In this document: positions 31,301-39,618 of the stretch, piece by piece | Numbering within the stretch: the stretch's first letter is position 1 | Layout of the letters: every line of letters begins with the position of its first letter | Source of the DNA: an uncultured virus (IMG/VR IMGVR_UViG_3300020358_000003) | Lineage: Duplodnaviria; Heunggongvirae; Uroviricota; Caudoviricetes | Virus record (IMG/VR): IMGVR_UViG_3300020358_000003 | Strand: one strand, 5' to 3' | DNA length: 64,000 nt | Position numbers and translations under genes: made by a program | The notes under the pieces: generated by a model | The model's input: only the letters and a program-made list of their open reading frames with translations | The model's database searches: none | Told to the model about the DNA's origin: nothing

Positions 31301-31904
31301 TTCAAACTACAGACCTATCAGGAAAACTATGCCTATATATGAATCTGATGGCTTCGGTGGATTTAATTCTCCATTAGTTCAAGAATCAAGTGGTTCATAT
31401 ATTGGAACTATAACAGGAGATGATCACACATACATATATCAACCAGATTCTAATCTGGCTTTCGCGAGACCAAGTTTTTTGATACACCTTAAAGATTCTG
31501 ATGATATAGGAGATAGTATTAATTGGTCATATTCTATTGAAAATTATAAAACTTCTATTCTACAAATAGGTCATGATGGTGACAACAAAACCTTCTATAT
31601 TAAAGCATATGATATATCAGAGTCCAACATGCATAGAAGTTCTCATTTACATTTTATTGGAAAATCTGTAGATTCTGAAAATAAGAGGCCAATTGTAAAT
31701 AGTTTATCAAGACCAACAGATTCATCTGCTACACCGATGGAAATTTCATTTCAATATAACGGCACAAGCGGTTTAGATATATCTTGGGTTGGCGATATAC
31801 AATTCATGAGGTATATAACCTTAGATAGTATTCCACCTGATTTTGATTCAACTAGTATGATATTTGATCCTATCGTATCTTCTCAAACGGGGGGTATAAT
31901 ATAA
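25344..31904 (+). CDS. Large virion protein (2186 aa) with LamG/concanavalin-A-like elements
   Basis: FSIEFWM, FTIEFWY, WTHNALTFDG..ELWKNG, YIRDFII and LKEFRLT strands. Starts directly after the giant gene's stop. Confidence 0.7.
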   Translation: MSNIQICDTEADISSVDVVEGDEAVVKENNAIYRFFDLSTTSSFSYDFDDGTHLKLDSTFFDFLSPGVRDSFSIEFWMNKSTADHFSIFDIANPRVSSILDFSSDSHTITQYGRTQSVKHGPYKNGNSSLFFDSSLDFITVDSSLDSMVLFSPFTIEFWYRKENSAINDTLFSVVDKFKDILVLNEEGIIVNGVQYTSNASSLDAKTWTHNALTFDGFNYELWKNGDSVELTRTPDDGASVKYIIDEGFMNIFTMDRKVPSSWTVQTTMSPTDKTLFFMGGPVNRVQLQTINSGADLKLSAGGNDGPSLIVPAPADNDIHTISWDVNTDPGRVRLWIDSNYQGSNSITKSLPARQWALTSFEDLSNATFTNSPSMLDSSTRNRSDGAENYNTDIFPYSTLNNEQDGSWNYYYDYPTVQKLSKLAYTNENCTVDGEQEVSKVTRRPINLIHHIYKYSNSKFNNGYTGFPLWCFGSGGGMGGDNANARLVAKYTMANAVGGYRPQHFYDGLNENIPSASKQNITGYTHADGYTPAYDVEHYSQWYGYSLRWMWMPQFKDGNINVGNNRYFSGGRRNRDDAGGPISEVYPNPIKQWWFAAYYQHVNKYPEAYDLAFRRPDRWYTDDHLPIAGYGEHGYSIKNSEDFLSAAPLRNECKPAPLGSFFLEDDPNNRSHAYNTAPANWVRNGVAKGNASLFSSLGTGLKFGGLASYKVKQTDGISENIGLKQEKWTVDFVKAWHENNKGQYLQSGSTPGQPVGGLTTYWGDRWNSSLGSDYDPWTHQEIVDCLTPASVDPVAETNSAYIALSKSDTINRNHGSRGDLLGGARVFSAGNYSYIDNVSIQKGGTKTYYIEIDPADNRSGHPANYTGMWFAQKSVFYGPELAKTNTHKYHRTNCPVYLTLFETSKIGVHPYMYTDGQFVSETYGQASNFRIDGLYSYSINDNSHDYYGTTPFNRPIDRYSGDGRSGSTGAWSSLRRHRSAHYYSDYKYDPPYLDNHINRVSYDLKRPSGTGDMGDGFPTAPHPQDFASIAPDKFVPRGGLGDDGFGASAYQTDVYPIVKDFGSERVSYIISEPDSRIYIFASAAYVGYVDFPENDAPYSIMLKKGEKVAASDGSKVLPAVSDTRGQNHGSDYRHDDGEGTFNQFKVINNIQPYINTLKKDALIIDGVFGGLGGRLGTHKNVGGVISNMDWINDNLEMPDSQIPENQYNRQASKFGTIRPSQWPGPPESYYPQNHNSNGVDVGGMIIEPDHRGNAYSPYLNQNIAVSFRAYYTSWYPGTTADPQDRSFNFRILNQIMLSIDGSQGLAPAEYISKYGTSWPFSDKPYFIETRSAQRVSGVRSDVNKAAMHTSLALMHKFKRGRLFDNFEHRKYCVHSHSKVRLGANSWQLDPVDLIETIPSADRNSSSSSGDGAFGMDSLGVTWEGTLKSSLLYNPQMYSDFKDCSVTIAEAVRNNRGEQTGLQYATDYVAKTGGSIVHYSGGQNTDIKTALAGLSEGDALVLPTGKYEVSASQNGTQVNFRDKTSIFFDVGFLICGTTDNPNDVELKIKVHRIFDEATTSNTQLAFMNIKKAAHHKINPDIIFKSAHGIAFKCIFDFDNKDIGWRTYESSTNAGTSANIIKFEGCIFTNYKSWLVPNRNNNSSFKNSKVNVNEIIIKDCVFQKDFGPTYDLLNPTNSPTFEGKLLINQGTVDTTFTTGNSMSEWYIDDYAAGNKFRYIRDFIIHDSNKYPLKYTIDSAPTIKDDSSTHLIINPQIVDTVLSYSTDGTITHGTSQDKLHNVPYTLGNWFSTSLNYSGDSNVMRTYIGGIKVDSSSINLDINSLIITDNIMFNKKDSWNPTLGIYEDIYGDFLLKEFRLTRNQKRSGDYAAQFLTEFGFGDKLTKEPDDVFLTAHDGSSILANENSPYTADVKSWRKVGILPNALESAYTILVDDNSSEQYGTEVFGEGANIDFKMPFKINGAPPAAWQYTNADVAPRPQNMTLGLVEDSNYRPIRKTMPIYESDGFGGFNSPLVQESSGSYIGTITGDDHTYIYQPDSNLAFARPSFLIHLKDSDDIGDSINWSYSIENYKTSILQIGHDGDNKTFYIKAYDISESNMHRSSHLHFIGKSVDSENKRPIVNSLSRPTDSSATPMEISFQYNGTSGLDISWVGDIQFMRYITLDSIPPDFDSTSMIFDPIVSSQTGGII

Positions 31905-34675
31905 TGCCAGAAGAATATCAAGTATATTACGATTCTGACGCAAGAAAATTTAAAATGTACCTTAATCAAAATTATGTAACAGTTGGGGCTATACATGAAG
32001 AAATTAAAAAAGTAGAGTATAAAGATGATATATATCTCTCAACATTTGATTCTACTTTTTCGCCAAATGCAGACCCATACACACCTATTGTAAGTCTCAA
32101 TAAATACGATTCTGATGCTAATCTTATAACTTGGACAGCACAACACTTGACTAGTACAAGTCTTGGAATTCTTGATAATGTTGATCTTTTTAACATGGAT
32201 ACTGAATGGGTTGCACATGTATCTAAAGGGTCAATAGCAAATCGTCCATCAAACCAAAGACTTAATCCAACAATTTCAAAATTAGTTGGTTCTGGAAACG
32301 AATATACAGTAACACCAGTTCTTTCTAGAACATCAGGAGATTATGATTATTCTGAATATACAGAAGAAATTACAAATGATGTTTATAAATTTACTGGAAA
32401 AATCGCTACAGGCAATGGAAAAAGTGGATTGCCAAAAAAAAGCAATTTAGATTCAAACTATCTTGAAAATAGTTTTTATTTTACACTTGAATATACCCCA
32501 ACTCAAGCACATGTTACATTTGGGAATATTCCAGACTTTTATGATTACATTGGATTAGGCGCACCAGACGTAAAATATAAGGTATCATCACCGTTAAGAC
32601 TTTTAACAAATTGTCAAGGGATTGTTTTTAATGATGTTGATTCTTCACCATCAACTGGTAATATATCTGGTAAAAAATTATTTGCTGTGAATAACTCAAG
32701 TAGTGGAAGAACGGTAAATCAATATAATCTTAACAATCCTTATGGGGTTGATTCATTGTTCTCAAATTCTACTCCAAATAAATCATTAGGCATATATAAT
32801 AATTTAGGAATTTCAAACAGCATTACAGAAGCAATAAATTCAAGTAATTTGTATGGTTTAGATTTTAACGATTCTGGTACTAGATTATTTTTGGCAGATA
32901 AAGGCCATAATAATATATATCAATATGATCTTACAAATCCATATGAATTAGATGATTCTGCATATTATAAAACTGATTATTATGAGAACGCAAATATTCA
33001 AAATCCTGTGACTGTTTCTCAATCAGCGAACAGACAAATTAGAGATTACACATATATTGCTTATTCATGGAGTTTTATACCAAGATGGTATCCCCAAACA
33101 GATATATATGATAATACTTTTACCACACATTTATCAAAAGATGGTAAACATTATTATATTATGGATGCTAATGGAATTAAACAACATGATTTGAGTCATA
33201 AAGATCAAATATGCACTGCAAATTATGTGGGGTCGTTCTCTATTTTTGAATCCACAAAAAGATTTTATTGGCCTCGCGGCGTAACTGGTTACTATAATAA
33301 TAGTAGATATGGTGGAGGATATGTCCAAACTAATTCAACACATTCTACAATTACTGAACACTTCAGAGAAATATTACCAGAAGGGTATAGTCCTTTTCCA
33401 ACATATAGAAGGGCTGCACATTTTAACAAAAACCCAATACGGTTACTGATAAACCAAATACTTAGAATTGTTGGGTATAGAATTCAATATGATTTTATAC
33501 ATTCCGCATATCCTCAATGTTTTACAATTTCTGGTGATGGTACTAAATTATATATTTTATGGGGATGTGCTTATAATAAAGGACAGTTAAAACAATACAC
33601 ATTAACAACTCCTTGGCTAATATCATCAGCAACTCCTACTGCTACAGTTAGCCATGGTATAGGTCAAAAAAGTCCAAATACAGATAATGTCACAGAATCA
33701 AAATTATATAGTTGTTGGGGAATAGAACTTAAACCAGATGGAAGTTCCATATTTATTTGGGATAATGATACAAATTACGTTTATGAATTCACAATGTCCA
33801 CAGCATATGATATAACAACTGTGGAAAATGATGCTGGAATAATCCAACCTTGGGATGGATCATATACAAGACGTTCACCTCAAATTGTTACTTCACCAAG
33901 ACTAAAACATTTTAAAATGAATAGAATCGGAACAAAATTTTATTTATCAAATTCTTCAATAATAAGACAATATAGTATGTCAACCCCATACGATGTTTCA
34001 ACTGCAACTTTTGATGTAGAAAGATCAACACTTGGTGTAACAAATGTTTCTGCTAATGCTGGATTTGAACTTAATGAGAATGAAACTACTATCTATCTTC
34101 CAAAAACTACTGAAACTCAAATACAATCATTTCAACTTACTAATAGTAGTGCAGCAAATAATGATAGTGCCGATTTAAATTCAGCAGTTACGGTACAAAC
34201 ACAAAAGTACTTAAATTTGGATACTCATATTTCACCAAATCGACTGAATGACGTAACATTAACATCTGATGGAAAACAGATGTATGTTATTGAAAATAGA
34301 ACCACTACCGCTCAGAAAGTTCATAGATATAATCTAGCAGATTCAAATGAAATTTACAGTGCAGTATATGATTCTGCTTTTTCAACACTGCCTGATTATA
34401 GTCTGATTACTGGTATGGCATTAAACGATTCTGAGAATAAAATGATAATTATTGGTGGTCCAAGTAACAAGGGTTTCTTGCGAGAGTATACGATTACAAA
34501 TCCATTCTCTGGTAGCACATTCAATACCCATGAATATTTATTAACTGGACCAAATAATAAAAATATGGCAGATATTCATTTTACTCCTGAAGGGGATAAA
34601 TTTATAACATTGGGTAATAATGGAATGATGGATGTATATACCACAAGAAATAAATTTGTTATTAAACCAATATAA
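31904..34675 (+). CDS. Virion protein with beta-propeller-like repeats
   Basis: Recurrent (F)xxDGTKLY...QYxLxxPYD(I/V)STA units: QYNLNNPYG, QYDLTNPYE, QYTLTTPWL, EFTMSTAYD, QYSMSTPYD. Confidence 0.7.
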   Translation: MPEEYQVYYDSDARKFKMYLNQNYVTVGAIHEEIKKVEYKDDIYLSTFDSTFSPNADPYTPIVSLNKYDSDANLITWTAQHLTSTSLGILDNVDLFNMDTEWVAHVSKGSIANRPSNQRLNPTISKLVGSGNEYTVTPVLSRTSGDYDYSEYTEEITNDVYKFTGKIATGNGKSGLPKKSNLDSNYLENSFYFTLEYTPTQAHVTFGNIPDFYDYIGLGAPDVKYKVSSPLRLLTNCQGIVFNDVDSSPSTGNISGKKLFAVNNSSSGRTVNQYNLNNPYGVDSLFSNSTPNKSLGIYNNLGISNSITEAINSSNLYGLDFNDSGTRLFLADKGHNNIYQYDLTNPYELDDSAYYKTDYYENANIQNPVTVSQSANRQIRDYTYIAYSWSFIPRWYPQTDIYDNTFTTHLSKDGKHYYIMDANGIKQHDLSHKDQICTANYVGSFSIFESTKRFYWPRGVTGYYNNSRYGGGYVQTNSTHSTITEHFREILPEGYSPFPTYRRAAHFNKNPIRLLINQILRIVGYRIQYDFIHSAYPQCFTISGDGTKLYILWGCAYNKGQLKQYTLTTPWLISSATPTATVSHGIGQKSPNTDNVTESKLYSCWGIELKPDGSSIFIWDNDTNYVYEFTMSTAYDITTVENDAGIIQPWDGSYTRRSPQIVTSPRLKHFKMNRIGTKFYLSNSSIIRQYSMSTPYDVSTATFDVERSTLGVTNVSANAGFELNENETTIYLPKTTETQIQSFQLTNSSAANNDSADLNSAVTVQTQKYLNLDTHISPNRLNDVTLTSDGKQMYVIENRTTTAQKVHRYNLADSNEIYSAVYDSAFSTLPDYSLITGMALNDSENKMIIIGGPSNKGFLREYTITNPFSGSTFNTHEYLLTGPNNKNMADIHFTPEGDKFITLGNNGMMDVYTTRNKFVIKPI

Positions 34676-34686
34676 ATTGATAATCA

Positions 34687-34694
34687 TATAAATA
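34687..34694 (+). promoter_or_regulatory. T4-type late promoter TATAAATA
   Basis: Exact consensus, intergenic. Confidence 0.8.
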
Positions 34695-34721
34695 GTAGAG
34701 AATAATTAAGGATAACTGAAT

Positions 34722-36491
34722 ATGCCCACCAAAGGAAGATCATTAGCGAATGGAGAAATATTCGGAGATTTTATTCCAGATACTGACTCAGCATATGATT
34801 TAGGATCATCCACTAGAAAGTGGAAAGATTTACATTTAAGCGGTAATACGTTATTTTTAGGAGATTCTGGTTCTATTTCTTCTGGTATTGGGGGTTCTAT
34901 AGAGTTACCTTCAATAAAAATTGGTACTGGTGCAAACACTGTCAAACTAGAAGCAAGTGCTTCTGGTAAACTTGAAACAAAATCTACAGTCGGAGGTGTT
35001 GAACAAACGTCAGTTCCTTCTGTTGAATCTATTGAACAACTTAGTAATGTTGATTTGACTATTGCTCCTGAAGTATTAGAAATACAAGTTGCTGATCCAA
35101 CGGCAGGACATGGAACAAATTGGATATGGACATGGTTAACAAGTTCTCTTCCTTATGCAAGAACTGCTATTACAAATCAAATACAAACAAATGTTCCTCT
35201 TTATATGCAAGGCACATATCAAATTAATAACTTTGCAAATACTCAATATGGAAGTATGACGCAAAGGCATGATTTTAAATTAAAATGGATTGATGGGGCG
35301 GGAGATCAAAACCTTGTGAGTTGGCCTACAACCACAATAGTGAATCACACACATGCAAGTATTAATAGTGGAACATCTACCTCAGTACAAAGATTATCTT
35401 TTACAGTACCTTCTAGTATTACTCCACCAACTTTAACCGCGCCAACTGTAACATATACTGTAGCGTCTGGTTCTGGTGTATATACATTTAGTGGAACGCG
35501 ATCTGGCGATAATCCAGAGATAGGACCGTTACGCAAAGGTGGAACATATACTTTCAATCTAACCGCTACCGGACACCCATTTTATTTAACAACAGATAAT
35601 GGAACAAATTATGTTTCGGGGTCTTATGTTGGAGAATATACGAATGGAGTAACTGGTTCAAGAAATCAAACTGGATCACTAACATTTACTGTACCCGCAA
35701 ATGCACCAGATACCTTATATTATCAATGTGGACTTCATTCTGCAATGCGTGGAACTATTGTTATAAAAGATTTAGCAGTAGAAACTAATGCAAATGGAAA
35801 CTATGTAATTTATGGACAACATGACCAAGAAGATCACAAAAATGGTATTGAATTAAGACCTATTCCTTCTTTAGTTAATCAAATGTGTATTGTATACGAT
35901 GCGACAAATAGCAAATTTGTTCCCCAAGATATGGCAACTTATGTAGAAAATACGCCTTCATTTAAAAATAAAATCAAAGAAGTTGCTGGTACTGCAACAT
36001 TAGTTGCTCCTGATGGAACATCATTAGTTGCATCAGTGAAAATTTATGCAGACGCTACATATCTTCCAGCAATCGGTAATGTTAATGGAGATTTGGCTTT
36101 TGCTGAAGATACTAGCAATTTACATATTTTTAAAACTGGAACTGGATGGCAAATAGCGACTGCTTCACCATCTTCTTTTACGAATCTAGTTCAAACAGGT
36201 GCATTGACAGTTACAACTGGAACTAAAAGATGGTATGCTCCAAAAGCAGTCACTATAGATAGAATTGTTGCAAGAGTTAATACTGCACCAGTAGGAGCAG
36301 CAATAAATATAACTGTAAATAAGAATGGTTCATCTGGAGCAACTTTAGTAATTGCTGACGGTGGAACAAAGATTATAAATAGTTCGCCAAGTATAACATT
36401 AGCAGAAGATGATTATTTAACAGTAGATATAACACAAATTGGTAGCACTACAGCGGGATCTGATCTTACTGTTACGTTTACATATTCATAA
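34722..36491 (+). CDS. Virion structural protein with a cupredoxin-like domain
   Basis: GHPFYL...PDTLYYQCGLHSAMRG (His...Cys-x2-His-x2-Met). The N-terminal IPDTDSAYDLGS module is shared with the giant protein. Confidence 0.7.
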   Translation: MPTKGRSLANGEIFGDFIPDTDSAYDLGSSTRKWKDLHLSGNTLFLGDSGSISSGIGGSIELPSIKIGTGANTVKLEASASGKLETKSTVGGVEQTSVPSVESIEQLSNVDLTIAPEVLEIQVADPTAGHGTNWIWTWLTSSLPYARTAITNQIQTNVPLYMQGTYQINNFANTQYGSMTQRHDFKLKWIDGAGDQNLVSWPTTTIVNHTHASINSGTSTSVQRLSFTVPSSITPPTLTAPTVTYTVASGSGVYTFSGTRSGDNPEIGPLRKGGTYTFNLTATGHPFYLTTDNGTNYVSGSYVGEYTNGVTGSRNQTGSLTFTVPANAPDTLYYQCGLHSAMRGTIVIKDLAVETNANGNYVIYGQHDQEDHKNGIELRPIPSLVNQMCIVYDATNSKFVPQDMATYVENTPSFKNKIKEVAGTATLVAPDGTSLVASVKIYADATYLPAIGNVNGDLAFAEDTSNLHIFKTGTGWQIATASPSSFTNLVQTGALTVTTGTKRWYAPKAVTIDRIVARVNTAPVGAAINITVNKNGSSGATLVIADGGTKIINSSPSITLAEDDYLTVDITQIGSTTAGSDLTVTFTYS

Positions 36492-36503
36492 GAGGAATAA
36501 AAT

Positions 36504-36788
36504 ATGGCACTAACTGATGAAGAAATTTTAGATGTTAGAGAGAGACATGGACTCAATCAAGATTCTGAAGCAGATACTTATATTCCTACATTTAAGGTAT
36601 ATAGGTATAAAGAAGGCACTGAATATAGTAAAGCAAATATGAATGTAGACTATTTAGTAGAAAATTTTGATGGAAGTACAATGCGCGTGTTTTCTCAAAG
36701 GTCACCATTAGAAATTGTAACTTTTGGTATATCATCTTTAAAAGATGAAAATAATGTTTGGGTAGAATGGACAGGGGGAACAGAATAA
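36504..36788 (+). CDS. Hypothetical protein
   Basis: GAGGA SD, coupled to the next gene. Confidence 0.6.
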   Translation: MALTDEEILDVRERHGLNQDSEADTYIPTFKVYRYKEGTEYSKANMNVDYLVENFDGSTMRVFSQRSPLEIVTFGISSLKDENNVWVEWTGGTE

Positions 36789-37957
36789 TGGCATATTTTT
36801 ACGGGACTCCTAGAAATCCAGGAACGCAAACAAATTATGACGTAAGAGACATGTGTTATAGTATCGCAGATTTTTTAGAAGGTAGTGATTGGCGCACTGA
36901 CGCTAAAGCAACTGGGTCCACTGGATTTAACGGTTCAGCAGGTAACTATGCTGGCACGAATCCAACAAGTGGTATTTACCACACGATATCAGCCACTGGA
37001 TCAATAACCAATGGTTCAGTGACTTTTTACAAAAAACATTATGCGACAGGTCAAACCTCTGGTTATACTCCGAGTTATAAAATTGTAATAAATTGTGACC
37101 CCTCCGATGGTTGGAGAGTGAATGTTTATGATGATAATGGAGCCAATTCAACTCCTGTATCCCACACTAGTGTTGGTATGGGAGGCAACACAAATGCAAG
37201 TTATAATAGAATTGCTGGAGCATATGGCTCATATTTGCACCAAATGCATATAATTGCAAATGATACTACCTTTATGATGAAAGTAAGTGGCGATGGTGTT
37301 TCTGGGGGAGGCACAGATACTACTCGCGATCACGGATGGTTTGTTCTTAATGATCTGGAATACGCTCCAACAATAGATAATTGGGCATATAATATAGATG
37401 ATACATATTGTCCGTCTGTTCTTATACATTCTGCATGGATGAATGTTATGGACAATCCTATTCCTAGTGAAACTAATACAAATTATTGTCACTTTGGTGT
37501 TGGTCAACCTAGATATATTGATTATAACGGTGTTGTAAGAACCGCACTTTTTTCACCGCTTCATGCAATACAACATTTTGGGTTGGATCAAGTAGCAAGC
37601 ACTGGATGGTCTACAATAAATCCACCTCCTTCTCTTAATCAAGAACACTTTAATGTATCTGGTGGAGATGCTCCTATTCATCAGTTAACTCCTATTCAAT
37701 TTGTTGGACAACATTCTCTGAGGCTTGCGGTGGCCTCGTCTACTGCTAATGCGATTAATAAAAATCCAAGGCGTGGCAGAATGATGAATATGTATAGAAT
37801 ATCAGACAATGCAGGTAATGATGGAGATGTTATATTAGAAGGTAGTACTAGATATCGAATTTTTAAACCTCATAAATGTGGGTCTGGAGTCGGTGGATAT
37901 GAAGGGGATATAAATGCATGTTACGCATTTCCTGAAGCTAATGTACCTTATGCATAG
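36788..37957 (+). CDS. Hypothetical, probably structural protein
   Basis: TAATG coupling gives the start at 36788 (MAYFYG). G/T/N-rich, in a late operon. Confidence 0.65.
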   Translation: MAYFYGTPRNPGTQTNYDVRDMCYSIADFLEGSDWRTDAKATGSTGFNGSAGNYAGTNPTSGIYHTISATGSITNGSVTFYKKHYATGQTSGYTPSYKIVINCDPSDGWRVNVYDDNGANSTPVSHTSVGMGGNTNASYNRIAGAYGSYLHQMHIIANDTTFMMKVSGDGVSGGGTDTTRDHGWFVLNDLEYAPTIDNWAYNIDDTYCPSVLIHSAWMNVMDNPIPSETNTNYCHFGVGQPRYIDYNGVVRTALFSPLHAIQHFGLDQVASTGWSTINPPPSLNQEHFNVSGGDAPIHQLTPIQFVGQHSLRLAVASSTANAINKNPRRGRMMNMYRISDNAGNDGDVILEGSTRYRIFKPHKCGSGVGGYEGDINACYAFPEANVPYA

Positions 37958-37968
37958 GATAATATAAA

Positions 37969-38181
37969 ATGGCACTCATGGTATCAGTATCGTCATCACC
38001 GCCGCATAATCTTAATGGAATAGGGTTGGCAAGGATGGTATCTAATGGTGGAACTACAGTATCTACTACTACAGTAAGTAAAACTACAAATATATTATTA
38101 TTTGGTTCTGCTGGTGATGGAAGTGGTGGTGGTGGTGGTGCAGCAACTGGCTCAGAAGCACAATCTTGGTCTGATGGATAA
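37969..38181 (+). CDS. Small Gly/Ser/Thr-rich protein
   Basis: AGGA SD; 70 aa ending GSGGGGGAATGSEAQSWSDG. Confidence 0.55.
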   Translation: MALMVSVSSSPPHNLNGIGLARMVSNGGTTVSTTTVSKTTNILLFGSAGDGSGGGGGAATGSEAQSWSDG

Positions 38182-38210
38182 TTTTAATAATATGTTGAGA
38201 TTAAAATCTA

Positions 38211-38218
38211 TATAAATA
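38211..38218 (+). promoter_or_regulatory. T4-type late promoter TATAAATA
   Basis: Exact consensus upstream of gp13. Confidence 0.8.
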
Positions 38219-38250
38219 GAAGTGAATAAACTATTTAATTAGGAAATACT

Positions 38251-39009
38251 ATGTCATCAAATAGACCCGACACCAGAGATGAATTGATAGATTACTGTTT
38301 GAGAAGATTAGGCTCACCAGTGATTGAGATCAATGTTGCGACAGACCAAGTAGAAGATCGTATTGATGACGCAATTGATTTTTATCAAGAATTTCACTCA
38401 GACGCCACACATAGGACATATTTAAAACATCTCGTTACTTCTGACGATGTTACAAACAAATATATTCCAATACCTTCAAGCGTAATTTATGTAACAAAAT
38501 TATTTCCTATTATTACTGCTGGCAATACTTCAAATTTCTTTGATATTAAATATCAAATGATGTTGAATGATGTTGCTGACATGGGTAGTTTTATTGGGGA
38601 TTTAATGTATTATGAACAAATGCAGCAACACTTGGCATTGATTGATACTAAATTGAATGGTATTCCACAAGTAGGGTATTCACGCAGAGAGAATAGACTT
38701 CATATTCACGGTGAGTGGCAAAACGGTGATATAAAAGCAGGTGATTATTTGGTTGTAGAAGTATTGCAAATTATTGATCCAGACACGAATGTTTCTGTTT
38801 ATAATGATAGGTTTCTAAAAGATTATGCAACTTGTTTAATAAAAATTCAATGGGGATCAAATCTTATAAAATTTGAAAATATGCAAATGCCAGGTGGGGT
38901 CACATTAAATGGTAGACAAATATATGATGATGCCATACAAGATAGAGATAGACTTGAAGAACGAATGAGGCTGGAACAAGAAATGCCACCTGATTTTATG
39001 GTGGGTTAA
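38251..39009 (+). CDS. gp13: Neck protein gp13
   Basis: LIDYCLRRLGSPVIEINV, QWGSNLIKF, MPGGVTLNGRQIY; synteny. Confidence 0.92.
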   Translation: MSSNRPDTRDELIDYCLRRLGSPVIEINVATDQVEDRIDDAIDFYQEFHSDATHRTYLKHLVTSDDVTNKYIPIPSSVIYVTKLFPIITAGNTSNFFDIKYQMMLNDVADMGSFIGDLMYYEQMQQHLALIDTKLNGIPQVGYSRRENRLHIHGEWQNGDIKAGDYLVVEVLQIIDPDTNVSVYNDRFLKDYATCLIKIQWGSNLIKFENMQMPGGVTLNGRQIYDDAIQDRDRLEERMRLEQEMPPDFMVG

Positions 39010-39012
39010 AAT

Positions 39013-39618
39013 ATGACAACTAATCATTATATTTCTCAAACAGTAAGAAGCGAACAAAGTCTTTATGAAGATATCGTTATAGAGTCTCTTAAAACTTATG
39101 GGCAAGACGTTTATTATCTTCCTAGAACTATAGTAAATGAAAACAAAGTATTTGGTGATGATGTACCATCAGCATTTAATTCTTCATACAAAATAGAAAT
39201 GTATATTGAAAATACTGAGGGTTTTGATGGTGAAGGTGATCTGTTTACAAAGTTTGGCGTAGAAATACGTGATGCTGCTACATTTATAGTTGCTAGAAGA
39301 AGGTGGAGAAACCTTGTTGGTCAAACAACCAACGATATAGATCAAATAGACAGGCCAGCAGAAGGTGATTTAATATATTTACCTTTATCAAAATCTATGT
39401 TTGAAATAATGCATGTTGAGCATGAACAGCCATTTTATGCTTTAAGTAATTTACCGACATATAAAATGCGATGTGAGTTATTTGTTTATAATGATGAATC
39501 ATTTGATACTAGTTTGGCTGTTCTTAATGAACTTGAGGCAACAGATGCTTATACCTATGAACTTACCTTAAAAATTCCTAAACAAGCAACTGCGACTGCT
39601 AATATAGGAGTTATATAA
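39013..39618 (+). CDS. gp14: Neck protein gp14, core part
   Basis: YGQDVYYLPR, EGFDGEGDLFTKFGVEIRD, RPAEGDLIYLP, FEIMHVEHEQPFY. Confidence 0.9.
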   Translation: MTTNHYISQTVRSEQSLYEDIVIESLKTYGQDVYYLPRTIVNENKVFGDDVPSAFNSSYKIEMYIENTEGFDGEGDLFTKFGVEIRDAATFIVARRRWRNLVGQTTNDIDQIDRPAEGDLIYLPLSKSMFEIMHVEHEQPFYALSNLPTYKMRCELFVYNDESFDTSLAVLNELEATDAYTYELTLKIPKQATATANIGVI

